This document shows, piece after piece, positions 1-9,174 of a DNA stretch of 64,000 nt. Within the stretch, counting starts at the first letter, position 1. Each line of letters opens with the position of its first letter. Origin of the DNA: Patescibacteria group bacterium (GTDB taxonomy: Bacteria > Patescibacteriota > Patescibacteriia > Veblenbacterales > UBA10138); contig JBAZQK010000002.1 of assembly GCA_041645215.1 (NCBI GenBank), forward strand, positions 15,435 through 79,434. The letters run 5' to 3'. A program made the position numbers and the translations under genes. The notes under the pieces were generated by a model. It did not search any database. It was not told the origin of the DNA and saw only the letters and a list, made by a program, of their open reading frames with translations.

Positions 1-209
1 CCCTTATCTTTTATCCGGCCATTCACGCCCTCCAACCCTATGTTAGTTCGTTCTTTAGTGGTTTTGATTTTAGTTTGGTCGGCTATTACGCGGCTAATTG
101 GCACACTTTTTGGCCCAGTTTATTTGTCGGCGCCAGTCTGTTGAGCATTGTTGCCTCGGCCGTAGCTATGAGAAAATACTTAAAAACTTAACTGCGTATT
201 ATGTTTCAC

Positions 210-307
210 CCCGTTAGAAGCAGGATGCCCGCCGAATCGGCGGGGATGAATGCCCAATTCTCAACAGCGAACACGGGGTTTAATGCCCCGTGTGAGCTTC
301 TAACGGG
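210..307. mobile_element. Palindromic MITE-like element of the CCCGTTAG-TIR family (copy E1), flanked by direct repeat GTTTCAC (203-209 and 308-314)
   Basis: Seen in sequence: TIR CCCGTTAGAAGC/GCTTCTAACGGG; internal hairpins CCCGCCGAATCGGCGGG and CACGGGGTTTAATGCCCCGTG; 7-bp flanking duplication. Confidence 0.55.
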
Positions 308-330
308 GTTTCACTCGGATTAAATAACAG

Positions 331-690
331 TTGGCAATGGTAGATTTAGCCAAAAGTAAATGTAAACCTGGCGCCAGCGGAGCCAAGCCTTATGATGCCG
401 CCACCGCCCAGCAAATGCTGCCGCTGGTGCCATGGTGGCGTGTGAGCCATAATTCTTTGGTGCGCCACTTGGAATTCACTGATTTCGTTAATGCCATCGC
501 CTTTATTAATGCCCTAGCCAAGGTTGCGGAAGATGAGGGGCATCACCCCAATTTTAGCCTGTACTCCTGGAACAAGGTTGATATTGAGCTGTCTACGCAT
601 GCCACTCACGGCCTGACGGACAATGATTTTATAATGGCCGCTAAAATAAATAATTTGCTGGCTCAGCGTACGGACTGGCTCAAAGACTAA
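331..690 (+). CDS. Pterin-4a-carbinolamine dehydratase (PCD/DCoH family)
   Basis: EDEGHHP motif and overall ~100-aa PCD-like sequence. Confidence 0.6.
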   Translation: MAMVDLAKSKCKPGASGAKPYDAATAQQMLPLVPWWRVSHNSLVRHLEFTDFVNAIAFINALAKVAEDEGHHPNFSLYSWNKVDIELSTHATHGLTDNDFIMAAKINNLLAQRTDWLKD

Positions 691-704
691 CAGGTTATTT
701 TAAT

Positions 705-1190
705 ATGAATAAATATACTGTTGCCAGCATAATTGTACTGTTGATTTTAGCTGGCTATGGCTGGCAACGCTTGATTAGTTATCGCCCGGTTGACGACATC
801 ACGCAAGCGAAACTTAACTTAGGTAATAATATGGCGGCGGTAAAAGAACCGCCCGCCATCGGTGCTCCTTTACCGGCGGTTCCCAATGATTTAGAGCAGG
901 CTAAACAACTGTTAGTCGGCTTTTGGCAAAGCTCTGACGACCTCAAAACAGTGTTAAATTACCAGATTGATAACACGGTTATTGAATACACATCAAGTAA
1001 GCCAACTTCCACCGGGACTTGGAAAGTTGCCATAAGTTCTGATAAAAAAACCGGACAGCAAGCTCTAGTGCTTAGCCTTACAAAGCAGGATAAAACCGAC
1101 AACTATTTAATTGTTAATTTATCCAAGACTAACCTGGTGTATATTCAAAGCGGGCAGGGGGGTATGCATAGTTTTAATAAGATACCCTAG
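705..1190 (+). CDS. Hypothetical protein with N-terminal signal/anchor
   Basis: ORF with hydrophobic N-terminus; no recognisable domain. Confidence 0.4.
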   Translation: MNKYTVASIIVLLILAGYGWQRLISYRPVDDITQAKLNLGNNMAAVKEPPAIGAPLPAVPNDLEQAKQLLVGFWQSSDDLKTVLNYQIDNTVIEYTSSKPTSTGTWKVAISSDKKTGQQALVLSLTKQDKTDNYLIVNLSKTNLVYIQSGQGGMHSFNKIP

Positions 1191-1266
1191 TCCCTTAGTC
1201 ACTTGACCATTAATAGGCTAATAACTAGAATAATTAAGCATTATTATCGCTAGGCTTCGTGTGTTC

Positions 1267-1304
1267 GGCTGGGGGATAGTCTAAAAAGTTTCTGTTAAAA
1301 ACTG
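1267..1304 (+). repeat. tRNA-Gln 5-prime fragment (CTGGGGGATAGTCTAA) fused to a 21-nt copy of the leader of the distal tRNA-Gln(CUG) locus (AAAAAGTTTCTGTTAAAAAC)
   Basis: Direct sequence match to 1341-1357 and to the reverse complement of 61768-61788. Confidence 0.6.
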
Positions 1305-1340
1305 ACGCCATTTATTTGAGTGTTAATTCTCTGCCGGGCT

Positions 1341-1414
1341 GGGGGATCGTCTAATGGTAGGACTCAGGCCTTTGGAGCCTGCTATCATGGTTCGAATCCA
1401 TGTCCCCCAGCCAG
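1341..1414 (+). tRNA. tRNA-Gln (anticodon UUG), CCA encoded
   Basis: Manual fold: acceptor TGGGGGA/TCCCCCA, D-stem GTC/GAC, anticodon stem CAGGC/GCCTG with loop CTTTGGA, T-arm CATGG-TTCGAAT-CCATG, discriminator G then CCA. Confidence 0.85.
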
Positions 1415-1490
1415 GTAGAGAAAATGTAGTGGACTTCCCGCTGTAGCGGGACTATCATGCGTAGCCCCGTAGTTATGCGCTAGCATATAC

Positions 1491-1540
1491 TACTGGGGTT
1501 CGACTTGCCCCGCCATCGGCTTCGGATTCATGTCCCTTAG
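1491..1540 (+). repeat. Degenerate copy of tRNA-Gln 3-prime half (T-arm/acceptor-like TTCGGATTCATGTCCC)
   Basis: Similarity to TTCGAATCCATGTCCCCCAG of the upstream tRNA; pseudo attachment-site-like remnant. Confidence 0.4.
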
Positions 1541-1562
1541 AAACCACTTACTTATCTAAACC

Positions 1563-1976
1563 TTGCACTTAACTATGAAAGTTACAACGCGGGTAGTGGC
1601 AGTAATAATTCAAGACCATAAGCTACTCCTTGAAAAAGGTAAAGGCTATAATGAGTTATGGGTTCCAGGTGGAAAGATTGAGCCTCATGAATCCGAACTG
1701 GACTGTCTTAAAAGAGAGTTGGCGGAGGAGCTTAATATTGAATTAGTCTCGGCTAATTTTTTTAAAAAATATTTGAGTAAGCATTTTTACGACCATAACC
1801 GTTTAACTAAAGATAGGGTATACTTAACCACAGTTAACGGTGCGCCGCAGCCGCAAAATGAAATAGAATCAGTTGTGTGGTTTACTAAAGAAGACTTGGC
1901 TAGTAAAAAATATCAGCTGATTACCAATACTGAAGAAAACTTAATACCGGACTTAATTCAGGCGGGTTTACTTTAG
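1563..1976 (+). CDS. NUDIX hydrolase
   Basis: Nudix box GGKIEPHESELDCLKRELAEELNI. Confidence 0.7.
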   Translation: MHLTMKVTTRVVAVIIQDHKLLLEKGKGYNELWVPGGKIEPHESELDCLKRELAEELNIELVSANFFKKYLSKHFYDHNRLTKDRVYLTTVNGAPQPQNEIESVVWFTKEDLASKKYQLITNTEENLIPDLIQAGLL

Positions 1977-1980
1977 GCAT

Positions 1981-2904
1981 ATGAAAATAGCGACTTTCAA
2001 TTTACGCAACCTGTTTGCCGCCGGCGAGCATAAAATTTTTGATGAGTTGGTTACTTACACTAATGAGCTTCTTGAACAACGCCTAGAACAAGCCGCGGCT
2101 ACAATTAGTGAATTGGATGCCGATATAATCGTGGTAAACGAAATCGGCTCAGCTGAAGTGCTTAAAACCATTGCCGGCAAACTTCCGGGAAAGTATTATT
2201 CATTTATGGCCACGCCCGAGTCAAGAGGCATAGCCAACGGCATACTGTATCGCGATGAACAGGCTTCATGTAAATCTTTTTGTTTATCGCCAAGCTTACC
2301 GCTCTTCATAGCTTCCGCCAGCGAACCATATGTAGGGCAGTTAAAAAGTTATCGCGAAATTATCCACTTTATTACTATTTATGCCGGCAGACCTTTGCAC
2401 GTCTTGGGATTGCATTTAAAAAGTCCAGTTTTCACACCTTTAAAAAATAATCAAGAGGGCAAGGTTAATGAACCAACTAGTCAAACCGAAACTAGTGATG
2501 GAATTATCCGTTCTAACATAAGAAGACTGGCCGAAGCTAGAGCCTTGCGTTTAGTGCTTGACCAAATGTTCAGCGCTGATAATAACCTGCAGGTTATTGT
2601 AACTGGGGATTTTAATGATACTGAAACCAGCGCTACCTTGCGCGCGATAAAAGGGGAGTCAGACCTATTTCCAGAAAGGCTAACCAATGTATGCGAACGC
2701 ATACCCCAGGCTAAACGATATAGTATAGTAGAAGGCGACTATCAACGTTTAATTGACCACGTTTTAGTATCTAAATCACTCGTTGAGCAAGTATTGAGTG
2801 TGGAAATCAAAAATGATAACTTACAGGACCAGGATGCTGAACCAAATTCAGCCTATTTAATTGACAGTGACCACGCGCCGATAGTGGTTGAGTTGAAAGA
2901 CTAA
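1981..2904 (+). CDS. Endonuclease/exonuclease/phosphatase (EEP) family protein
   Basis: DADIIVVNEIG and C-terminal SDHAPIVVEL motifs typical of EEP fold. Confidence 0.6.
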   Translation: MKIATFNLRNLFAAGEHKIFDELVTYTNELLEQRLEQAAATISELDADIIVVNEIGSAEVLKTIAGKLPGKYYSFMATPESRGIANGILYRDEQASCKSFCLSPSLPLFIASASEPYVGQLKSYREIIHFITIYAGRPLHVLGLHLKSPVFTPLKNNQEGKVNEPTSQTETSDGIIRSNIRRLAEARALRLVLDQMFSADNNLQVIVTGDFNDTETSATLRAIKGESDLFPERLTNVCERIPQAKRYSIVEGDYQRLIDHVLVSKSLVEQVLSVEIKNDNLQDQDAEPNSAYLIDSDHAPIVVELKD

Positions 2905-2951
2905 AAATTCCATCCTCTACTAGTTTTAGTTACATACCTAGTTCTACCTGG

Positions 2952-2979
2952 CTCTAATTCGCACGAATAGGCGAATAGT
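2952..2979. promoter_or_regulatory. Candidate operator: 28-bp repeat containing near-palindrome ATTCGCACGAAT, upstream of the ArsR-family gene
   Basis: CTCTAATTCGCACGAATAGGCGAATAGT repeated at 3268-3295 with 1 mismatch. Confidence 0.45.
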
Positions 2980-2994
2980 ATCCGAGGACTATTA

Positions 2995-3273
2995 ATGCTA
3001 TATTATAAACATATGAATGAGCTAGAGCGTGCTCTTAAAGCTATAGCCAACAGGCGTCGCCTAGCCCTGATAAAATATCTCAATTCTCGTCGTGAAGCAT
3101 CAGTGGGGGAATTGGCCGAGGCCATCAAGCTTTCACTTAAAGCCACATCTAAACACTTGGTTATTTTGCATAGCGCGAGCATTGTGGAGCGTGAGCAACG
3201 TTCCCTCCTCATGTACTACCGTCTGGCCGAGCCTCTTCCTAGACCAGTCAAATTCATTCTCTCTTATCTCTAA
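2995..3273 (+). CDS. ArsR/SmtB-family HTH transcriptional regulator
   Basis: wHTH segment VGELAEAIKLSLKATSKHLVILHSASIV; ~90 aa. Confidence 0.65.
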   Translation: MLYYKHMNELERALKAIANRRRLALIKYLNSRREASVGELAEAIKLSLKATSKHLVILHSASIVEREQRSLLMYYRLAEPLPRPVKFILSYL

Positions 3274-3295
3274 TTCGCGCGAATAGGCGAATAGT
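3268..3295. promoter_or_regulatory. Second copy of the 28-bp repeat with perfect palindrome ATTCGCGCGAAT, between the ArsR gene and the downstream IMPase gene
   Basis: Direct repeat of 2952-2979; overlaps the regulator's stop codon. Confidence 0.45.
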
Positions 3296-3338
3296 TTAAA
3301 CCGCCAAAAGAAAAACTATAAAACGACAATATAATTTT

Positions 3339-4154
3339 ATGATAAATTTTAGCAAGCGGACAAAATTTTTACTGGAACTCTCCAAAAAAGCCTGCCGGAT
3401 AATGCTGAAATATTATAATCCGTGCGGGGTTGGTTATGTCATAAAAAATAAGAGCAGCGATTGGGGATTGGACGCCGTAACCAAAGCTGACATGGAGGTA
3501 AATAAAATGGTTTTGCGGGAAATAGAAAAACATTATCCAACTTATGACTTGCTAGGGGAGGAGATTAGCTCTTTTAAAAAAGGCCAAAAGCTGTTCGTGG
3601 TTGACCCGATTGACGGCACGCATATGTTTATAATCGGCGCGCCGTTGTTTGTTTTCTCCGCCGCGGTGGTTATAAATGGTAAACCAGTGGCTGGTGTGCT
3701 GGCTAACCCCTTAGCCAAAAGAACCCTACTGGCAGAATTGGACGGGGGCGCTTATTTGGTAGAACGTAATATTAAATTATCAGTTAGCAACCAGAAAACA
3801 TTCAATGGCTCGCTAATTCGTACTGGCTGGAAGGATTGCACTGCCGCTAAACTCCTGCACCGGCAAAATGCCCGTACACCTGAAGTTTATGCTGTTTGTG
3901 AATCTGCCTCGCTAATAGCTACCGGCGGGTTTGACGGTGACATCTTTATGGGTAATGCCGCCCATGATATCGCGGCGGTTAAAATAGTGGTGGAAGAGGC
4001 TGGTGGTAGAGTGACCAATCTTTGGGGACAAGAGCAAAAATACGACCGCGGCATTAAGGGCGCTATTATTACTAATGGCCATTTGCATAAAAAGTTAGTG
4101 GCGCTGGTAAAACAATCCGGCCTGCTAAAAACTTTTCAACCAGCCGCTAAATAA
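3339..4154 (+). CDS. Inositol monophosphatase family protein (IMPase/SuhB-like)
   Basis: VVDPIDGT motif and C-terminal AHDIAAVKIVVEEAGG. Confidence 0.7.
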   Translation: MINFSKRTKFLLELSKKACRIMLKYYNPCGVGYVIKNKSSDWGLDAVTKADMEVNKMVLREIEKHYPTYDLLGEEISSFKKGQKLFVVDPIDGTHMFIIGAPLFVFSAAVVINGKPVAGVLANPLAKRTLLAELDGGAYLVERNIKLSVSNQKTFNGSLIRTGWKDCTAAKLLHRQNARTPEVYAVCESASLIATGGFDGDIFMGNAAHDIAAVKIVVEEAGGRVTNLWGQEQKYDRGIKGAIITNGHLHKKLVALVKQSGLLKTFQPAAK

Positions 4155-4158
4155 TATC

Positions 4159-4186
4159 ATTCCTACATTCTGCAGAATGTAGGAAT
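4159..4186. promoter_or_regulatory. 28-bp perfect palindrome ATTCCTACATTCTGCAGAATGTAGGAAT, candidate operator upstream of the second ArsR-family gene
   Basis: Perfect dyad; core ACATTCTGCAGAATGT shared with 4524-4545. Confidence 0.45.
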
Positions 4187-4212
4187 AAATAAAATAGTGA
4201 TACAATGTACCA

Positions 4213-4512
4213 ATGACCACAAAACTAAAAACCGCTGAACAAATGGAACGTCACTTTAAGGGTATGGCCAATCACTACCGCATTGCGATACTTCTTTTGA
4301 TTGATAAAGAAAGTGGAATTACCGTTGAAGCTATTACTGAACATCTTAAAGCAAACTTCAAAACCATTTCACAACACACTCGCTATCTTATGAATGCCGG
4401 ACTTATCAAAAAACAGTACCAAGGGAGAATGGTCGCACACTATTTGTCGCCCTATGGCAAACACTTTGTCAGATTCATTAAGAACTTTCAGCGTTTAGGT
4501 AGTAAATACTAA
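4213..4512 (+). CDS. ArsR-family HTH transcriptional regulator (second paralogue)
   Basis: HTH-like HYRIAILLLIDKESGITVEAITEHLKANFKTISQHTRYL. Confidence 0.55.
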   Translation: MTTKLKTAEQMERHFKGMANHYRIAILLLIDKESGITVEAITEHLKANFKTISQHTRYLMNAGLIKKQYQGRMVAHYLSPYGKHFVRFIKNFQRLGSKY

Positions 4513-4523
4513 CTAACAACATT

Positions 4524-4545
4524 CTAACATTCTGCAGAATGTTAG
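4524..4545. promoter_or_regulatory. 22-bp perfect palindrome CTAACATTCTGCAGAATGTTAG immediately downstream of the second ArsR gene
   Basis: Same 16-bp core as the upstream palindrome; preceded by tandem AACATTCT AACATTCT. Confidence 0.45.
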
Positions 4546-4709
4546 AGTGATTAAGATGATAAAGTTTCGTGCGCCCAAGCGTGCCATTAAAGGAAAAATT
4601 GTTGTTTTAATTTGACTAATCCATAAAAGCCTAAAAACGAGCTTTTATGGTAAATAAAGAGACTACCTGAAATTTAGGTAGTCCCTAAAAAATAAACAAT
4701 TCTTTTTTG

Positions 4710-4964
4710 TTACCAGTAAGACGAATAACTATATTCCTTAGGCGGTATATACGCTCCGGACCTGCCTGACATAATATACTCTCTCCTTGATTCTTGGCGA
4801 ATCTGCTCACACTCAAGCGTTTTTTGCTGAAGCAATCTTTGTACTGTAATTCCCAATTTTTTAGCTTCCTCGGCTATTTTTAATAAATACTGCTGGCGTA
4901 ATTCTTGTTTACGCGCCCGTTTGCGCATAATTCGTTCAGTGGTTGATTGAACTATCTTTGTCAT
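4710..4964 (-). CDS. Hypothetical small basic (K/R/Q-rich) protein
   Basis: ORF with AGGAGG 9 nt upstream of the internal ATG (MTKIVQ...); no recognisable domain. Confidence 0.4.
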   Translation of the reverse strand: MTKIVQSTTERIMRKRARKQELRQQYLLKIAEEAKKLGITVQRLLQQKTLECEQIRQESRREYIMSGRSGAYIPPKEYSYSSYW

Positions 4965-5101
4965 TTTGTTAATCCTCCTAGCTGTGTTATTTGCCAATAA
5001 ATTACCTCAGTTATCCACAAAAGTCAAGTAATAATCCTACCGCAGAACACCTACCGCAGAACATTTGTCTATAAAACGGGTTACATCTACACTTAATAAA
5101 T

Positions 5102-5815
5102 ATGCCAAGGTTTAAAGATATATTAGCCTTGTTAATTTTACCGATTATTGTAGTCGGGGCTTACTTAATGGTGTATATTATCTGGCGAATGTTCAATCTG
5201 CCGACCAACGAAGCAGCCGCCAACCTGGTTATGGAAAAATTTTCGCAATACGGCTTATGGCTGGTGTTCGTGGGCGCTTTAATTGAAGGGTTTTTTGTAC
5301 TAGGTCAGTATTTTCCCGGAGGAGCGATTATATTCCTGGGGGTGATTTCCGCTGGTAAAGATATTCCCCGCGCTGCCGCGGTTGTCGGAGTGGTTTTTCT
5401 GGCGTTCGCGATTTCTTATACGCTTAATTATTTCCTGGGTAAATACGGCTGGTATAAGTTGTTTTTAAAATTCGGCTTGGGCAGTTCTCTGGCCACGGCT
5501 CAAAAAAAATTGATTAAGCAAGATACGGCGGCTATGTTTTTTAGCTACTGGGACCCGAACCTAGCCTCCCTGACCGCTACCGCGGCCGGCATTTTACAAA
5601 TACCTCTTAAACGCTTTGAAACTATATCTTTATTAAGTATAGCTTTTTGGAGTACGTTTTGGGGTATATTTGTTTACCAACTGGGTCAAAACGCCTTTAA
5701 AATAATGGGCTTAAAATATGTTCTAATAATCTTTGTTATTTGGTGCACAATCATTTTACTTAAACACTATCTTTACAGCAAAAATCGGCCTATAGTATCA
5801 ATTAATGAGCAATGA
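5102..5815 (+). CDS. DedA/SNARE-associated family membrane protein
   Basis: Multiple TM helices; motif GALIEGFFVLGQYFPGG resembling the DedA signature. Confidence 0.45.
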   Translation: MPRFKDILALLILPIIVVGAYLMVYIIWRMFNLPTNEAAANLVMEKFSQYGLWLVFVGALIEGFFVLGQYFPGGAIIFLGVISAGKDIPRAAAVVGVVFLAFAISYTLNYFLGKYGWYKLFLKFGLGSSLATAQKKLIKQDTAAMFFSYWDPNLASLTATAAGILQIPLKRFETISLLSIAFWSTFWGIFVYQLGQNAFKIMGLKYVLIIFVIWCTIILLKHYLYSKNRPIVSINEQ

Positions 5816-6509
5816 TATACTAAACAACATGACTGAATATAAAAAACTAGCTCTAAGTCTTGCCCGCCAAGCCGGTGATATTATGAAGGCCAACTTTGAG
5901 TTAGGCATGAAAAAAGAATGGAAAGAGGACAAATCACCCCTAACAGTTACTGATTTACAAATAAACGATTTAGTAATAAACCAAATAAAAGAACGCTTTT
6001 CTGAACATGATATTTTAGCGGAAGAACGTAGCAGTATAAGCGGTAAGAGTGAATACGTCTGGGTATGCGATCCCATCGATGGCACTATTATGTTTTCCCA
6101 CGGCATCCCGATTTGCACTTTTTCTTTGGCCTTAACCAAAGGCGGCGAGAGTATTTTGGGCGTCGCTTATGATCCTTTTTCTGACCGGCTCTTTACTGCC
6201 GAAAAGGGCCAGGGGGCATTTTTAAACGATAAAAAAATATCCGTCTCCACCGAATCCAGGCTGGACAAAGTAGTAGGCGAATATGAAATGTTTAAAAGAG
6301 CCAAGTATAACATTAACAGGCTGACCGAGCACTTGAATATGGTAGAGGAAGTTAAACTTATGCACTTTTGTTCCATTGTTTATCCATCGTGCTTAATAGC
6401 AACTGGTGATGTAGGTTTTACAATATTTCCGCACACCACGGCTCATGATATGGCGGCAGTTAAAATAATAGTAGAGGAAGCCGGCGGCAAAGTAACTGAT
6501 TTGTTCTAG
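5805..6509 (+). CDS. Inositol monophosphatase family protein (second paralogue)
   Basis: VCDPIDGT and AHDMAAVKIIVEEAGG motifs; paralogous to 3339-4154. Confidence 0.65.
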   Translation: MSNDILNNMTEYKKLALSLARQAGDIMKANFELGMKKEWKEDKSPLTVTDLQINDLVINQIKERFSEHDILAEERSSISGKSEYVWVCDPIDGTIMFSHGIPICTFSLALTKGGESILGVAYDPFSDRLFTAEKGQGAFLNDKKISVSTESRLDKVVGEYEMFKRAKYNINRLTEHLNMVEEVKLMHFCSIVYPSCLIATGDVGFTIFPHTTAHDMAAVKIIVEEAGGKVTDLF

Positions 6510-6744
6510 ACGCAATGGTACAATATGAAAATTTGGATAAAAATTTTAACGCATTTTTGGTTGGTATAGGAATGGTGTCGCCAGCTGTGCTTCAAAATTA
6601 TTTTTACAGCCACAACCATCATTTAAAAGGGCAATACTAAGATTTAACAAAGACTCAAATCTAACATTATATAAACAGTACTATAGGCCCAGCTGAGCTG
6701 GGTTTTGTGTTTATATAGCTAGTGTATTAAGCTGATAGTAGATT

Positions 6745-8016
6745 ATGTTCAAGGGTTTAAAGAAACTTTTCAAAATCGCCGGACCCGGGGTAATAACCGG
6801 CGCGGCCGGCGACGACCCCTCCGGCATCGCCACCTACACCCAAACCGGCGCCCAGTTTGGCTATGGCCAGCTTTGGACGGTGTTAATGATGTTGCCCTTT
6901 CTGGTGGCCATTCAGGAGGCTTGCGCCCGCATTGGCGCGGTTACCGGCAAAGGCATTGCCGCGGTTATTAAAGAAAATTACAGCAAGAAACTGTTATATT
7001 TTACCCTATTGCTTATTACGGTCGCCAATACCATAAATATTGGAGCTAATCTGGGAGCGATGGGAGCGGCCGCCAGTTTAATAATTCCGGTTGATTTTGC
7101 GGTTTTGACTTTGCTGTTCACGGCTCTAATTCTGATTTTGGAAATATTCACCAGCTATAAAGTTTATGCTCGCATTTTAAAATGGTTGGTGCTGGCGTTG
7201 TTGTCATACCCGATTACTTTGTTTTTAGTTAAACAACCCTGGCTGACATTGCTAAAAGCGACCTTTATCCCGCATATTGAACTAAGTTTTGCTTTCCTTT
7301 TTATAATCACCGGCGTGCTGGGAACCACCATTTCGCCTTATATGTTTTTTTGGCAAGCGGCGGAGGAGGTAGAAGAGGAAAAAGCAAAACATCGCATTAA
7401 AAAAGGCGTGCCTTCTATAACTAAGCGGTTTTTGCGGTCATTGCGGCTGGATAATTTTTTGGGTATGTTGTCGTCGCAAATTGCCACCTGGTGCATAATT
7501 GTGGTGGCGGCCACGGTTTTAAACGGCAACGGCATTACCGACGTGGCCACTGCCGCCGACGCCGCCAAAGCCTTGGAGCCTCTAGTGCAAACCTTCCCCA
7601 ATGCCGGTTTTTTGGCCAAGCTGATATTTTCCATTGGTATTGTCGGTCTGGGTTTGCTGGCGGTGCCGATTTTATCAGCCTCCGCCTCCTATGCCTTGTG
7701 TGAGACTTTAAATTGGAAAGCCGGCTTAAACCTAAAACTCAAACGAGCTCACGGTTTTTACGGCATTATCACCATCGCTACCTTAATTGGGCTCATAATT
7801 AATTTTATCGGCATCAATCCATTTAAGGCGTTGGTTTATACCGCCGTGTTCAACGGCGTGGCGGCGGTGCCATTGTTGTTCATAATTGCGCGGATTGCCC
7901 GCAACGAAAAAATAATGGGCCAATACAAGAGCGGCTCGTGGTCTAACTTTTTTGTGTGGACGACTTTTATTGTTATGGCCGCGGCGGCAGCGGCGATGTT
8001 TTTTACTTTAGGTTAA
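6745..8016 (+). CDS. NRAMP-family divalent metal transporter (MntH-like)
   Basis: N-terminal GPGVITGAAGDDPSGIATYTQTGAQFGY resembling the NRAMP DPGN signature; ~11 TM segments. Confidence 0.55.
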   Translation: MFKGLKKLFKIAGPGVITGAAGDDPSGIATYTQTGAQFGYGQLWTVLMMLPFLVAIQEACARIGAVTGKGIAAVIKENYSKKLLYFTLLLITVANTINIGANLGAMGAAASLIIPVDFAVLTLLFTALILILEIFTSYKVYARILKWLVLALLSYPITLFLVKQPWLTLLKATFIPHIELSFAFLFIITGVLGTTISPYMFFWQAAEEVEEEKAKHRIKKGVPSITKRFLRSLRLDNFLGMLSSQIATWCIIVVAATVLNGNGITDVATAADAAKALEPLVQTFPNAGFLAKLIFSIGIVGLGLLAVPILSASASYALCETLNWKAGLNLKLKRAHGFYGIITIATLIGLIINFIGINPFKALVYTAVFNGVAAVPLLFIIARIARNEKIMGQYKSGSWSNFFVWTTFIVMAAAAAAMFFTLG

Positions 8017-8019
8017 TTT

Positions 8020-8523
8020 ATGATTAAACTAGCACTGCAACGCACTGGCTTTACCCTGATTGAAGTTTTGGTAAGTGTGGCTATTGTAGCTATGCTGGCT
8101 ACGATCGTGGCGGTTTATTTGCTGCCCGCTCGCACCAAGGGGCGTGACGCCAAACGAAAGGTGGATATTTCGCAAATCGGGCGGTTCCTTTCAGCCGGTT
8201 GCTATATGCCTGACGCCGGCAGCGGTGAGTACGATATGGCTGATTTAGCAGGTGAATTAAAAGTTAAATATCCCGATTATGGAGGTTATTTGAGTAACTT
8301 GCCGTATGACCCTAAAACCGGCGATTCAATTAAAACCAACTATCGTTATGGTGTTACAACCGACGGCCGTAAATGCGCGTTATACGCGAATTTAGAAACT
8401 GATTCGGAGCCGATAACTTTGCCGAATCTAACAGCTCCCGCGCCGGGCGGCGGAAATGGCGTGCTGGCGGCGCCAGCTGTGGGTTGGAACGGAACTAATA
8501 AATATTTTCAATTTTCTAATTAG
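8020..8523 (+). CDS. Type IV pilin / pseudopilin
   Basis: Prepilin leader and cleavage motif G-FTLIEV followed by hydrophobic helix. Confidence 0.75.
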   Translation: MIKLALQRTGFTLIEVLVSVAIVAMLATIVAVYLLPARTKGRDAKRKVDISQIGRFLSAGCYMPDAGSGEYDMADLAGELKVKYPDYGGYLSNLPYDPKTGDSIKTNYRYGVTTDGRKCALYANLETDSEPITLPNLTAPAPGGGNGVLAAPAVGWNGTNKYFQFSN

Positions 8524-8541
8524 TAGAATTGTTGATTATCT

Positions 8542-9174
8542 ATGAATAGTTTAATTAAAGCCGTGTTGTTTGATTATAACGGGGTTATTGTTGATGATTT
8601 AGGCGCGTGTGGCCGAGCCGAGTGTGATGTAATACATAGTTTAGGTGGTCAAAAACTATCAATATCTTACTGGTTTAAAAATATTCACCAAGATTGGCAG
8701 AAATTTTATATGGCGCACGGTGTACCGCGTAAAAATCTCCGCCAAACCCATAAGTTAACGGCCAAATATTATCATAAATATGAAAAGTATATAAAATTAA
8801 CACCTGACGTAAAATTAATCTTACAAAGATTGACTGAGCGAAATATTAAGTTAGGAATCTTAAGTGCTGCTAGTAGAGATATTGTTAAAGAAGGTTTAAG
8901 ACGATTTGGTTTGGCAAATTATTTTTCTTTTATTATTGGTGGAGATGATGTTGCTAAACAAAAGCCACATCCACAAGGGTTGAGTAAGGCTGTAAGATTG
9001 TTTAAGGTAAAACCACAAGAGGTAATGTATGTGGATGACATGCCGTCGATTTTCGTAGCGGCTAAAAAAATGGGCGTCAAAACCGTAGGATTTTATTCCC
9101 GGGTCAGTGGCGATTTAAGTTTGGCTGAAGTGCGAATCAGAGATATTCGCAGTTTATTAAAATATATAAAATGA
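8542..9174 (+). CDS. HAD-superfamily hydrolase
   Basis: N-terminal LFDYNGVIVDD (DxD-type motif I). Confidence 0.6.
   Translation: MNSLIKAVLFDYNGVIVDDLGACGRAECDVIHSLGGQKLSISYWFKNIHQDWQKFYMAHGVPRKNLRQTHKLTAKYYHKYEKYIKLTPDVKLILQRLTERNIKLGILSAASRDIVKEGLRRFGLANYFSFIIGGDDVAKQKPHPQGLSKAVRLFKVKPQEVMYVDDMPSIFVAAKKMGVKTVGFYSRVSGDLSLAEVRIRDIRSLLKYIK

Noticed and set aside
4159-4186. The palindromes flanking the ArsR genes as plain intrinsic terminators
   Set aside because: They occur upstream as well as downstream of each regulator and lack following U-tracts. They match in pairs that are specific to each regulator, which favours operator function.
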